DNA of 64,000 bases from an uncultured Nitrososphaerales archaeon. GTDB lineage: Archaea > Thermoproteota > Nitrososphaeria > Nitrososphaerales > Nitrososphaeraceae. The DNA lies in NCBI GenBank assembly GCA_963695855.1, contig CAVOHZ010000010.1, positions 1,408,001 through 1,472,000 of the forward strand, written 5' to 3'. A model generated the notes under the pieces. The model was not told the origin of the DNA. It searched no databases and saw only the letters and a list, made by a program, of their open reading frames with translations. Below, in pieces: positions 10,856 to 21,978 of the stretch. How positions within the stretch are numbered: the first letter of the stretch is position 1; every line of letters starts with the position of its first letter. The position numbers and the translations under genes were made by a program.

Positions 10856-11506
10856 ATGACCTCTCGTAGAATGGGAAACTCAATAGAGAATGCTACACGC
10901 AATCACTCTTATCAGCGCTTGACAGCCGATAATTCCCTGTTAGTTCTAATTGATCACCAAGTAGGACATTTGCTGACCATTAAGGACATAGACCAAGAAG
11001 AGCTGCGCCATAATGTGGTTGCATCGGCACGCGCAGCCCGTGTCTTAGGTGTCCCAGTCATTCTCACATCAACTGCACCAGATATATTTGGTCCCACTTT
11101 ACCAGAGCTGACAGAAGCGTTATCAGGTATAGAAAACATAGAACGAAGTATCATCAACGCTTGGGAGGATCCAAATGTAAGACAGGCTATCAAGGAGACC
11201 GGACGACGAAAGGTTCTCTTCTCGGCCCTAACTACTCATGTATGTCTGGCTTTTCCCAGCATCTCAGCTGCCAGTGAAGGTTATGACTCGTATGCTCTAC
11301 TTGACAGTTCTGGTACATGGAATGAAACCTTACGAGTAAGCGCAATAGCTCAGATGCAGCAAGCAGGTGTCATTATTTCATCAGGCTTCGCGGCGTTTGT
11401 TGAAATGGTTCATGATAACGCAAATCCAATTGCTCCCAAAGTCTATGCAGCCCTAGATCTTCCAGGTGGCAAATCACTATCACAGCTACTCAAGGGCAGG
11501 ACCTAA
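10856..11506 (+). CDS. Second isochorismatase-family (YcaC-like) hydrolase; the true start may be ATG 10871
   Basis: LIDHQVG, ERSIINAWED and THVCLAFP motifs; TTTATA at 10843-10848 lies about 28 nt before ATG 10871. Confidence 0.85.
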   Translation: MTSRRMGNSIENATRNHSYQRLTADNSLLVLIDHQVGHLLTIKDIDQEELRHNVVASARAARVLGVPVILTSTAPDIFGPTLPELTEALSGIENIERSIINAWEDPNVRQAIKETGRRKVLFSALTTHVCLAFPSISAASEGYDSYALLDSSGTWNETLRVSAIAQMQQAGVIISSGFAAFVEMVHDNANPIAPKVYAALDLPGGKSLSQLLKGRT

Positions 11507-11606
11507 CCAAGGCCTTAATAGGCCGAATTCTAATTATGGTGAAGATTATGTTGTTGTGTTTTATTTCAGTTAGTGAAAATACCAAGATATTCTAGGCATC
11601 ATATGT

Positions 11607-12110
11607 ATGACTGAACAACTCAGTTTGTCTAAATCTGTCCTGTCAAGTCATAGACTATTCAGAGCTCTGTGGATAGCCAATACCGTTTCAAATATTGGCA
11701 CTTTCATGCAAAGCGTTGGTAGCGCTTGGTTGATGACATCGCTTTCCTCTTCACCATTAATTGTCGCGCTTTTACAAACAGCAACTAGTCTATCTATTGT
11801 ACTGCTAGCCTTACCTGCGGGCGCACTTGCAGATGTATTTGACAGACGTCGACTGCTTTTAATAACACCATATTTTATGCTTGTAGTTGCGGCAACGCTT
11901 ACCTTGCTTACTCTGACTGGATTTATTACAGCATCTACTCTATTTGATGAAAGATGGTGATGGTAAAATTGACAAAACTCCTTCTTTACATTGGCCTATT
12001 CCAAATATCATAGTAGGATCAGGAATAGAACAAAAACCTGTATTAATAAAAATAGAATACAAGATTGATCCTACTAAAAAAAATAGAATTTGAAAGGATT
12101 ATGAAAGAAG
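11607..12110 (+). pseudogene. MFS_3 transporter with a large internal deletion
   Basis: The N-terminus (FRALWIANTVSNIG) is joined to KIDKTPSLHWPIPNII..KPVLIKIEYKIDP, which matches the C-terminal part of 3905-5557. Confidence 0.8.
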
Positions 12111-12250
12111 GTGGCACCAGAAAAGAGTTTAGAGAGATTATCGATATGTCCAGAGAACTCAAAGTCAGAGTTTGGAAGAGATTCAAATTCGAAGATGCTA
12201 AAGAAGCATTACAAACATTATTTTCCAAAGAGATGGTAGAATTCTATTAG
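12110..12250 (+). pseudogene. C-terminal fragment of a zinc-type alcohol dehydrogenase (MDR)
   Basis: GGTRKEFREII...KVRVWKRFKFEDAKEALQTLFSKE/DGRILL resembles archaeal MDR C-termini (recalled, not searched). Confidence 0.5.
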
Positions 12251-12262
12251 AAACCAATAGCA

Positions 12263-12478
12263 GCATATAGTTATCCTGAGCCTCAGGGTTTCAACAAGTA
12301 CCCCATCCCACCAAAGGAAGCATTCTACCATACCGAGATGAGGGAGTTCCTGTTACCCTATAATGTAGTACGTACCGCAAATTCGCCTTCTGAGGTTTTA
12401 CTGACATTCCTGCAAAGCACGTATGAAGCTGCAGCGACTTGTGCCAAATGGGATCGAAATGCACTGGAGCGTCAGTAA
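12263..12478 (+). pseudogene. C-terminal fragment of a DUF5996-family protein
   Basis: Manual translation AYSYPEPQGF...EFLLPYNVVRTA...FLQSTYEAAATCAKWDRNALERQ*; no start codon. Confidence 0.7.
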
Positions 12479-12576
12479 ATACTGGTAGCCGTGCTTAGGT
12501 AACTCGAATTGATAATCAAACATGTTAGTATCAATAGTCAAATAGTCTTTGACTAGGTCTGGTCCCACTTTTTAAC

Positions 12577-13521
12577 CTACACGTAACCTTGACCGGCACG
12601 TAGTCTAAGAAGTCCAAGTAACATCTTGCTTTCCTCCTGAGTGAGTTGCTCCACAGAACGATTGCCGGCCTCGCGAAGCACTCCTTGGGTGATAGTTTGT
12701 TTAAGTTCATCAGTGAGCTCAGGATTCCCAAGGGTTTTCATCATGGAAGCGAGTGGGTCCATGAGGTGTTCCATGAAATGCCGAATCCCTCCTTCACCTC
12801 CACCAAGATGCCACAACAAACTGGGACCCATCACTCCCCATCGAAGTCCAGGCCCCCAGCTTACAGCAGCGTCTGCATCCTCAACACTCAACACTCCTTG
12901 CTCAATTAGGTATACGACTTCTCTATAGAGCGCCGCTTGAAGTCGGTTTGCAGCATGGCCAGGCAATTCCTTATGTAGGTGGATAGGCTTCTTCCCGATG
13001 GAAGCATAAAATGCTATCGCCTGTTGGATCGCTTCGGGCGATGTTTTATTCCCTCCAACGACCTCGACTAACGGAATCATGTGTGGAGGATTGAAAGGAT
13101 GCCCTATGACACAACGTTCAGGATGCTTGCAACCGGATTGAATGACGCTCATGATTATCCCAGACGAACTAGAGGCAATGATCGAATCAGAAGGTGTGGC
13201 ATCGTCTATCTCGGCGAATAACTTGATCTTGAAATCCGGACGTTCAGGTGCGTTTTCCTGAACAAAGTCAGCCTCCGATAATGCTTCCTTCATATTTGAA
13301 GTAAAGGTCAGCCTGTCGCGTGTTGCACCAGGCGAGAGGCCGATGATTGTGAGCTCCTTCCATGCGGCATCAATATTTTCGCGTAATTTGGATTCCGCGT
13401 TTGAGTTGGGATTAGTAGCAATTACATCAAATCCACGTGCAAGATATTGCGCTGCCCAGCTCGCACCTATGACTCCGGTACCGATAATAGCGATAAGACG
13501 TACCTGTTTATTCAACGACAT
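12577..13521 (-). CDS. 3-hydroxyacyl-CoA dehydrogenase family protein (carnitine dehydrogenase / lambda-crystallin-like)
   Basis: GTGVIG Rossmann motif, QENAPE, ASSSSG, GHPFNPP, NRLQAAL and GPGLRW; SD AAGGAG at 13531-13536. Confidence 0.9.
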   Translation of the reverse strand: MSLNKQVRLIAIIGTGVIGASWAAQYLARGFDVIATNPNSNAESKLRENIDAAWKELTIIGLSPGATRDRLTFTSNMKEALSEADFVQENAPERPDFKIKLFAEIDDATPSDSIIASSSSGIIMSVIQSGCKHPERCVIGHPFNPPHMIPLVEVVGGNKTSPEAIQQAIAFYASIGKKPIHLHKELPGHAANRLQAALYREVVYLIEQGVLSVEDADAAVSWGPGLRWGVMGPSLLWHLGGGEGGIRHFMEHLMDPLASMMKTLGNPELTDELKQTITQGVLREAGNRSVEQLTQEESKMLLGLLRLRAGQGYV

Positions 13522-13536
13522 GATCCGTTTCTCCTT

Positions 13537-14541
13537 TTAGTCAAGACTTGAGCCCAATTCAGCGTATGCTATGCCAGATAGGTTCCCCTGCGCATAGAGT
13601 AGTGTCTTCTTATCCGATCCGTCGAGCTTGGCCGAATAGATCGAACCACCTAGGTCAGTCACAAACATTCGTTCTCCTTTGAGATCGAGAGCTATACCAA
13701 TTCCCTCCATCAAGTGGGTAAGCAGAATCTCCGGACTCTGATTCTTCGGTTTCCCATCAATCGGGGCGCGATTGACCGTGTTACCACCTGGAGGATCGCC
13801 ACGATCTGTCCAGTACAGCACACGATTGTAAACATCGAGCTCCAGGTCAATTGGCTCGGGCAGCCCTTCGAATAACACTTCACCGTCAGTGCGATTTTCC
13901 GGACTCTGGCCATTTGGTATTTCGGTACTAACGCGAAAGATTCTGCCCTTTCCGGCATCGTCAGGACCTTTCTGTGTCCAGTAGATTTGCCCGCGACCTG
14001 GATCAACGGAGATCCCGACACACCATTTCATCTGGTCTAGGCGATCCTCGTCGCCTTGTCCATTCTGTACGAGGGTTTCAATCTTCGAACCATCCAGATT
14101 TGAGCGCATGACTCGCATCCCTTCCCGATCCGACCAATACAATTTGCTGTTCTTCTTATCAAGATGGAGCTGTTTTGGAGTGAACGTACCACCCTGGGGA
14201 ACAATCATCGTGCGATTCTGTCCGTCTAGGTCGGCGCGTTCTATGGAACCGTCGTTCACATTAGGAATGCCCATGTCGGTCCAGTAAATGTGTCCGGCCT
14301 CAACATCTACTACTATGCCATCTGGATGTCGGCAACCTGATACGATTACCTTCCGGTCGGAACCGTCCGCATTGAGTGAGAAGACCTGGCCACTGCTTAA
14401 CTCTAGCACGAATAAGCGTCCGATACTGGATTTAGAGCCAGATGTTACACGTTTTGGTTCGGTAAATTCTGATTCAGTTTCCAACCGGTCTAGATTAGAG
14501 TGTTGAACATATCGAATATCTTGCATATTGATACCTTTCAT
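13537..14541 (-). CDS. YWTD (LDL-receptor class B-like) beta-propeller protein without signal peptide; start 14541 or 14526
   Basis: Repeats IYWTD, LYWSD, IYWTQ, LYWTD and MFVTD with RADLDG/RSNLDG/SAKLDG. Confidence 0.8.
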   Translation of the reverse strand: MKGINMQDIRYVQHSNLDRLETESEFTEPKRVTSGSKSSIGRLFVLELSSGQVFSLNADGSDRKVIVSGCRHPDGIVVDVEAGHIYWTDMGIPNVNDGSIERADLDGQNRTMIVPQGGTFTPKQLHLDKKNSKLYWSDREGMRVMRSNLDGSKIETLVQNGQGDEDRLDQMKWCVGISVDPGRGQIYWTQKGPDDAGKGRIFRVSTEIPNGQSPENRTDGEVLFEGLPEPIDLELDVYNRVLYWTDRGDPPGGNTVNRAPIDGKPKNQSPEILLTHLMEGIGIALDLKGERMFVTDLGGSIYSAKLDGSDKKTLLYAQGNLSGIAYAELGSSLD

Positions 14542-14726
14542 TTCGTAATAATTATAATTTTGTCTATGAGATTCTGTTAACAGTCTGTCAGATATTGTCC
14601 CTTGGTTAGTGTTTGATCGAACCGATAGGGCATTACAAGAACAAGAAGCAAAAAAAGGTTTAAGGGCTAGATGACACCTGGCTATAAAACTTATTAGAAA
14701 GTTGAATGGGATATTGACCAACTGAA

Positions 14727-16238
14727 ATGAGTTCCACCAACGACGTTTTTACTAAGACACTCAGGTCGAAACTCAATAATCCGGTGAGTTCCCCGGAGTT
14801 TGATCTATATACAGGGTTAGATGAAGTTCTAAGCGGCATCGGACTGACAGTCGCTGACAGTGGAGGAAAGATCACGTTTTATGGGAAGGATCCGATCGTG
14901 CCAAGCTGTTTCAGATTCGGAGCGATGTCGGCGATCGGTTTGGCCGCCAAAGCTGTAGCAGCATCTGCCATCTGGAGATCTAGAAGCGGGGAAGGACAAG
15001 ATATTCATGTCGATGTACGCAAGGCGCTGCGACGGTTTGCACCCTTCTTCGAGCGCGAATGGGAGAGGATTAATGGTCATCAGGCTTCATTTGCCTCCGA
15101 TCCGGAAAATCCTTTCATTCACTATCCTAGTATGACTTTGTGGAATAAGACACGCGATGGACGTTGGATAATGCCTGCCAACGTCTATCCCAGACTGCGA
15201 GCTCGTGCAACCACCTTGCTCAGATGTGACGATAGTGTCAATGCAGTTCAGAATGCAATATTGCAGTGGCGCGCTGATGAACTAGAGACGACCGCTTCGG
15301 AAGCAGGTCTACCATTTGCAATGCTTCGCACCACTCAAGAATTTATGGGAGAACCTCAGTATAAAGAGGTACTCTCAAGAGAGCCTCTGATCAGGGTGGA
15401 GAAGATAGGCGAGAGCGACCCGGTACCGTTTAAGCCAGATGGTAAGACTCCTCTGGATGGGGTGCGAGCACTCGGGATGGGTCATGTGATTGCCGGAGCA
15501 GGCATTGGTAGAGATCTGGCCCTTTTCGGAGCAGATGTCCTGAACATCTGGCAGCCACTCGATTGGGAATTAGATATATTCTACTGGTCGTCTCATGTAG
15601 GTATGAGGTCAAGCATCCTTGATTTACATGAAAAGGCAGATCTAGAAACATTCAATCAATTGCTGAATCATGCCGACGTATTCTTTTCGAATCGACGCCC
15701 AGGTTATCAGGAGCGTTACGGTCTAACAGCAGATGAGGTATGTTCAAAGCGTCCAGGTCTGATCCATGCGAAGGTTGTCCTCTATGGCGAGACTGGTCCA
15801 TGGTCGAATCGTACGGGATTTGATGAGGTTGCGGGAGCAACTACAGGGGTATTCACATTAGAAGGTACGCCTGCTAACCCACGACTGCCTCCTATCCACG
15901 TAGTATGTGACTACATAGCGGGTTGGTTTACCTCGGCTGGTATCATGTCAGCACTTCGCAGACGTGCAGTTGAGGGCGGAAGCTACCGCGTAGTCGTATC
16001 TCTCGCGGGGGTTACTCTGTGGCTGCTTTCACTCGGCATCTTCGGCAAAAAATATGCGCATGCAACCGCAGGTTCGTCGGATGAACACACATATGTTGCT
16101 CCAGACCTCTTTACGGCTGAGACACCATTAGGTCTGTATCAAGGGGTTACCGAACAAGTGGTTATGTCTCGAACGCCCGGCTCATTCCGAACCGTCCTTG
16201 TTCCGCGCGGTTCTTCCAAACCAGAATGGGAATCGTAA
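14727..16238 (+). CDS. Class III CoA-transferase (CaiB/BaiF), long two-domain type
   Basis: PLDGVRAL, VIAGA, GADVL, ADVFFSNRRPG and GPWSNRTGFD motifs. Confidence 0.85.
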   Translation: MSSTNDVFTKTLRSKLNNPVSSPEFDLYTGLDEVLSGIGLTVADSGGKITFYGKDPIVPSCFRFGAMSAIGLAAKAVAASAIWRSRSGEGQDIHVDVRKALRRFAPFFEREWERINGHQASFASDPENPFIHYPSMTLWNKTRDGRWIMPANVYPRLRARATTLLRCDDSVNAVQNAILQWRADELETTASEAGLPFAMLRTTQEFMGEPQYKEVLSREPLIRVEKIGESDPVPFKPDGKTPLDGVRALGMGHVIAGAGIGRDLALFGADVLNIWQPLDWELDIFYWSSHVGMRSSILDLHEKADLETFNQLLNHADVFFSNRRPGYQERYGLTADEVCSKRPGLIHAKVVLYGETGPWSNRTGFDEVAGATTGVFTLEGTPANPRLPPIHVVCDYIAGWFTSAGIMSALRRRAVEGGSYRVVVSLAGVTLWLLSLGIFGKKYAHATAGSSDEHTYVAPDLFTAETPLGLYQGVTEQVVMSRTPGSFRTVLVPRGSSKPEWES

Positions 16239-16514
16239 GAATCGTATGCTAAAGTACATACAGATTATACAATAAATTCGTCCTTTTAAAAATTCAAATC
16301 GGCTGCAATATTTTGAAGATCCAATACTATAACGCACCTTGTAAAGGCTCTAGAATTTCTATCTGGTGAATTTGATCTTTCTCAGAAAGAATATTTGCTA
16401 TATCATAATTAGAAACTGCTTCAAAATCTGTAATATTATATCCTCTATTACTTGCCTTTTTGACAAATTCATCTTATCTATATAGCTTTAACTGACTATC
16501 ATTTAGTCAATTAT

Positions 16515-17520
16515 GTGAGGCATGCTCCTATCAGAAACATTTCGGAGGAGGAGAAGAGAGAACTGTACGACCTTCTAGATAATAATCCTGACATAAAGTA
16601 CAGAGCTAAAAATGTACTTTTTGGTGGAGAGGAAGGCTATACAGTACCTGAAATAAGAGAGATGACCAATATCTATGATAAAACTATACGAAAGTGGATA
16701 CATAGATTCAACTATTACGGTGAATGTGGTATTTTTACAGAAATAGACTATTCTAGAATGATAAAGATAACTGACAAGGCTAAGGATGAAATCTTGTGCA
16801 TATCTTCAACCAACCCAAGGGAGATAGGTTTGAAATTCTAAACTTGGTCTTTAAGGTCGATTGCAGGATATGTGAAGGAAAAGAAGCTAATAAAAGAAGA
16901 TGGCATAAGCCATACCGCGATAAGGGATATTCTGATAGAGAAGGGTGTTGAATGGAGACATTCAAAAACCATTCTTGGTAAAAGCAAGGATCCTGAATAT
17001 GATTTATAAAAAGCGCATTGAAGAGCTGAAAAAAAATACATATCCAGATTATGTCCTTCTGTTTCAAGATGAAAAAGGACATATAGCAGCTAAAACCTAT
17101 GGTGGTTTTTTATGGTGTTCTACTCAGGCCAAAATAGAACATGATCAGAAAGTAAAAGATTTGTTGAACGTGTTTGGCATTTATGATTATACAAATGATA
17201 GAATGTTAACACACTGCTATCAACAGAAGAGAAGAAAAGCAATCAATTCGTAGATTTCATTGAAAGAGTTGATTCATTCTATGATTTGAATATAAAAAGA
17301 ATATTGTTGGTACTGGACAATGCATCCATACACAAATCAAAGAAAACTAAAGAAGCATTGTCGAAACACCATCCAAGAAAAGCCATTGACAATAATACGT
17401 TCAGAAATCAATCAGATATTGGACAAGCAGTACAAGATTGGACTGAATTACAACGCTACTCATGGGAGAAGGATAAATGACATTTTACAGATAGGAGTAA
17501 TGCCATTGCTTACATAACTC
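16515..17520 (+). mobile_element. Degenerate IS630-family element
   Basis: HTH (TIRKWIHRFN), FQDEKG and LVLDNASIH; multiple stops and frameshifts; the PELNxIE segment appears deleted between HHPRK and AIDNN. Confidence 0.8.
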
Positions 17521-18096
17521 TTAACTTACTGCAGCAGCACCTTAATAGGATAGGAGAAAATAAGCAGGCTACAGAATTTTTTGATAAAGCCATTTATGCA
17601 TACATTTTTTGATTAATCGAAAATCATTTCTCCTTACGCTGATCTAGATCGCTTAGTTCAAATCCGGTCGTACCGGACGTGGTATCGAGACGATTCGACA
17701 TTGTGAGTAGACAATGGCAAATTGTATAAGGGAACTATAGATCAGCAACGAGAATGGTACAGATGCACAAGTGTTGGACTCATTCATAACATAGCATCAT
17801 GAATCACGAATGGTGATGGCAAGATTCCTCCTGGATGCACACATGGCGGTTGCAAAGTAAATCCAGAACCAAACCCAGTATATATGATTCCTGAAGGCTG
17901 TGGTCCATTCCATCAAAATCCAATACATGGACCAATCATGAAATGTCACTCTTTTGGACTTGTACCACATCATGGCAAGTGCACAGATGTCCATACTCAT
18001 AACCATAGCAGCGGTAATAGTAACAGCAACAGCAACAATAGCGGCTTTGCAAACGGGTATGATTCATATGCGATCGCTTGTTGACCGAGTATCATT

Positions 18097-18327
18097 ATGG
18101 CAAGCACAAAAAAAGATGATTTAAAGAATGAAAATATATCGCAGTCATCATCAACTTCCACGAGCACCGCAAAGTCTGCCTCTTCATTTGCTAGTAGCGA
18201 TTATCAACAATCAACAACAACATCAATACGACAGCAGCAACAACAACCTTTCCTGAATGAAGAACACTATCAGCAATACCTGCAGGTTGACAGGTCCATA
18301 TCCCGCGTAAGGAGTAGGAGAACATAG
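18097..18327 (+). pseudogene. Ser/Thr/Gln-rich N-terminal stump of a host-type protein
   Basis: Low-complexity AT-rich coding switches to GC-rich sequence at about 18278. Confidence 0.4.
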
Positions 18328-18379
18328 ATCATGCCGAAATGGGCCTCACCGAAACGGTCACCGAAATGGAGCCACTCCC

Positions 18380-19201
18380 ATGCCATATTCTGATTACAAA
18401 TGTTTCCGGTTCGGGTTTGATTCTGGAATCGCATTCGTCAGCATCGATCACCCGCCGATAAATCTTCTTGATGAAGTTCTGTCGCAGGAATTCGACAAAC
18501 TCGGCAGGGAACTCGAGGCCGATGAGAGCGTCCGGGTTGTGGTCTTGCAGAGCGCGCTTCCTGATTTCTTTATAGCCCACTCTGGTTTAGGCCGGGTTGG
18601 AAGCGCTTCCAAAATGGTGTCCCATACGCGCAGCTTTCGTCTTACGCAGACGATCGGCGAGCGGTTCAGGAACATGCCTAAGGTAACCATTGCCAAAATC
18701 GAGGGACGGGCCCGGGGCGGAGGGAGTGAGATCGCGCTGGCCGTGGACATGTGTTTTGCTGCCGTTGGCAAAGCGATCTTCGGCCATCCAGAGGTGGCCA
18801 TTGGGCTTGTTCCGGGCGGTGGCGCTACGCAAAGATTGCCACGGCTCATGGGGCGGGGACGCGCCTTGGAGGTGCTCTTGGGTTGCAATGATCTCTCGGC
18901 GGAGCTGGCAGAACGTTACGGCTATATCAATCGAGCGTTGCCAGCGGACGAACTGACGCCTTTTGTCGAGAAACTGGCTCACCGCATCGCCTCATTTCCT
19001 GCGCATGCCATCGCTCACGCCAAGGCGGCCGTGGATACTGGAGCATTTAGTTCCATAGCAGAGGGGCTTCTGGTGGAAGCCCATGAGTCCGATTTGAGTG
19101 TGGCTAGCGAGGTGACGCAAGCGCGCGTGACGGAAGCATTGAAGGTCGGCGCCGAAACTTATGAAGGCGAGCTGGAGATGGATTATTTATCGAGACTCTA
19201 G
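18380..19201 (+). CDS. Enoyl-CoA hydratase/isomerase family protein
   Basis: GRARGGGSEIALAVD, PEVAIGLVPGGG and QRLPRLMG; GGAG upstream. Confidence 0.9.
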   Translation: MPYSDYKCFRFGFDSGIAFVSIDHPPINLLDEVLSQEFDKLGRELEADESVRVVVLQSALPDFFIAHSGLGRVGSASKMVSHTRSFRLTQTIGERFRNMPKVTIAKIEGRARGGGSEIALAVDMCFAAVGKAIFGHPEVAIGLVPGGGATQRLPRLMGRGRALEVLLGCNDLSAELAERYGYINRALPADELTPFVEKLAHRIASFPAHAIAHAKAAVDTGAFSSIAEGLLVEAHESDLSVASEVTQARVTEALKVGAETYEGELEMDYLSRL

Positions 19202-19883
19202 CCTTTTGTACTTCCTTTTGGCAGAGATAGTTGTTGTTGTTTTTTATATAATACATACAGTGAACCGTCGTATAAGGAGAAGACGTTTTCTACAAGAAAT
19301 TACAAAAGGTATGATGGATGCTCGCAAGTCGCTTTGGACTGATCCCTTGACTCGAGGGATCTCGCTAGTGGGGCCGAATCATCCCGATACAACCTGGAAG
19401 GCTGGGATCATCATCGTTCCTTTTCCTGGACTAGCATAGCTAATAGCAACTATCCTTAGCTTAATTCGGTTCCGTTTTTTTGACAAAATAAAGGTATACT
19501 AGATTTTAAATGAGTTATAGTTAAATTAATCGTCAATATCATCATATGTCAAGCGAAATCTGGAGGCAAACATCTTCTATTCATCCTGCAGTCAAGTTTT
19601 CTCTGTCCAATAAAATTAATGGAGTCCGGTGCTGCCTTATCGTCATAGATGATCACAGAAATACCCAGAACTGGTATGTCCAACCCCATACAGCCTTTGC
19701 CATATCAACAAGCTATCTTTTCAGAACTCAATAATATGGATAACATACATGAATTAAGAAACGATTATTTTCACTAAGCATGAATTGAGTTCATTTCGAT
19801 ACGAGATTCTCGTTATGGTTTTAGCAAGTAATTAATGGTTAGTAACGACCAGACTTTAATAATTGCTATCTATATACAGGGTC

Positions 19884-20040
19884 ATGAAATCTATCCAGAT
19901 GAAGAAATATAGTGGTAGTGATCTGGTTGAGGTCAATGAGACATCATCAGTACCAAGTATGTCTTCAGGAAAAATTCTGGTTAGTGTAAAGGCGTCTGAA
20001 GTAAATCCAGTGGATTGGAAAATTCGCGAAGGATATATTG
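19884..20040 (+). pseudogene. N-terminal stump of an NADPH:quinone reductase-like MDR oxidoreductase
   Basis: MKSIQMKKYSG...ILVSVKASEVNPVDWKIREGY, then an abrupt change to GC-rich DNA; TTTAAT about 29 nt upstream. Confidence 0.75.
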
Positions 20041-20094
20041 CACTGCCCGATAGCAGGTTCCCTGACACCGACTAGAGAAGGGGGAGAAAACAGA

Positions 20095-21728
20095 ATGGCA
20101 AAAGTTCGTGAAGTGTTGTTCGACCTTATGCGCGAACTCGGCATGACGAAGATCTTTGGAAATGTCGGCTCCACAGAGGAGCTCATGCTTCAAAACTTCC
20201 CGCCCGATTTCGAGTACATCCTGTCGCTCCAGGAGTCCGTCGTGGTGGCCATGGCAGATGCATATTCGCAGGACACGGGCAAGCCGGTACACGTGAATCT
20301 TCATACGGCAGCGGGAAGCGGTAACGGTATGGGCAATTTCGAAACCGCCTGGTACAACCGCACTCCGATGATTATCACAGCGGGCCAGCAAGTTCGGGCG
20401 ACGCTTGTAAACGAGCCCTATCTCACGAGCAAGAACCCGTATCTGCAGGCATTACCGTGGGTGAAGTGGAGTTATGAGCCGGCCCGTGCCGAAGACGTTC
20501 CCGCCGCATTCTTCCGAGCCTATGCCACGGCTATTATGGCACCGGCAGGGCCCGTTTATCTCTCTCTGCCCATGGATGACATGGATCGGGAATGCCCTAG
20601 ATTTCCGCTGCGTCGAAAAATCGAGCCGCGTCTCTCCGCTGGCAAAGATGTTCTCCAGCCAGTGGCAGAAGCGTTGGCAGCCGCGAAGCGTCCCCTGCTC
20701 GTCATCGGCGGGGCCCTTGATCAGACAGGAGGATGGTATGACGGTATCGTGCTTGCCGAGAAGTTGAACGCAGCCGTGATGGCGCCCCCCTTTGAAGGAC
20801 GACCTGGATTTCCGGAGACTCATCCTCTTTTCCAGGGCTGGCTTCTCAGCGGGGCCGCTCGCTCTGCAAGCAGCTACAAGGCTACGACCTGGTGGTGGTG
20901 ATCGGAGCTCCGGTCTTTCGTTACTATCCTTACGCGCCCGGTGCGTATCTACCTGAGGGGACCCGGCTCATCCACCTGACCGACAGCACAGAAGAGGTTG
21001 CGCGTGCCGTGGCAGGCGATGGCATTGTCTGCGATCCTGCACGTGCATGCGCGACACTTGTTGAGCTGCTTCCTAAAGCGACCCGCAAAGCTCCAGAGCC
21101 TCGCAAGCCGCTTCCTGCTCCAGAGGTGAAAGACAAGATCACAGCAGACTATGTCTATTACACGGTCGCGAAGCTTCGCCCGAAGAACTCCGTGATCACG
21201 CAGGAGTCAGCCTCGAGCGCGGGTCCGCTACGCGAACGCCTACCGCCCTCAGAACCCAGATCCTTCTTCTCCTCGTTCGGTGGAGTTCTCGGCTATGGGT
21301 TGCCAGCGGCCTGTGGTGTCGCCCTGGCCGAGCGCGATCTCGGCACGAATCGCAAGGTCATCTCACTGCAGGGCGACGGTGCGACGCAGTACGTCGTTCA
21401 GGCATTCTGGAATGCGGCCCAGCAGAGACTGCCCATTCTGTTCATCATCTTTCGTAATCACGAATACAACATTCTCAAGTCGTTCGCCGAATATCTGGTC
21501 GCCCCCAACGTTCCGGGACTCGATCTTCCCGGAATGGACACCGTGCAGCTTGCCAGGGGATATGGCTGTGACGGCAACTACGTTTCGAAGGCTGGCGAGC
21601 TGGAGGCCGCAATCAAAGAGGGGTTTGCAGCAGACGGCCCCTATGTGATTCAGGTCGAAATAGACCCCGCAACGCCAGCGCTCCTTGGCAAAGTAGGCCC
21701 AAAGACCCAGTACTCCGCTATCGAGTAG
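20095..21728 (+). pseudogene. mdlC: Benzoylformate decarboxylase-like ThDP enzyme with a single frameshift (~20855)
   Basis: FGNVGSTE, LQES, NLHTAAG, ITAGQQ and IGAPVFRYYPY motifs; ThDP motif GDG...N; purine-rich SD before ATG 20095. Confidence 0.8.
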
Positions 21729-21978
21729 CTTCCGGGACAACAACGAGGATGGATTACGTACTGGAAAAACATACTTACCGTAAGACTTTACTACCTTAAC
21801 ATGTTAAGAAAGGCTCGTTAATGTTCTTCTTGCTTGGAGCTGTTAATTACCAAATATGTCCTAGAGAGATTGAAAGAGTTGGAATGATATTCATAACTGT
21901 AGTGCCAAACAATGAAGTCAGAACTTTAAACATATATCATAAAAAATTGATCAAGTCTGCCATCACGATTAGAATACC

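Noticed and set aside
14542-14721. N-terminal extension of the YWTD ORF given in the track
   Set aside because: It would fill the whole divergent promoter region; ATGs at 14541 and 14526 are more plausible
16229-16247. GAATCGTA duplication at the CaiB stop
   Set aside because: Too short to distinguish a transposon footprint from chance
17645-17685. GTTCAAATCC resembling a tRNA T-loop or att site
   Set aside because: The flanks do not form a T-stem or cloverleaf; no integrase nearby
17700-18084. His/Cys-rich ORF fragment
   Set aside because: Broken frames and no recognisable family; probably debris of a secreted protein
20038-20094. Upstream start for the decarboxylase
   Set aside because: Family similarity and the SD motif point to ATG 20095
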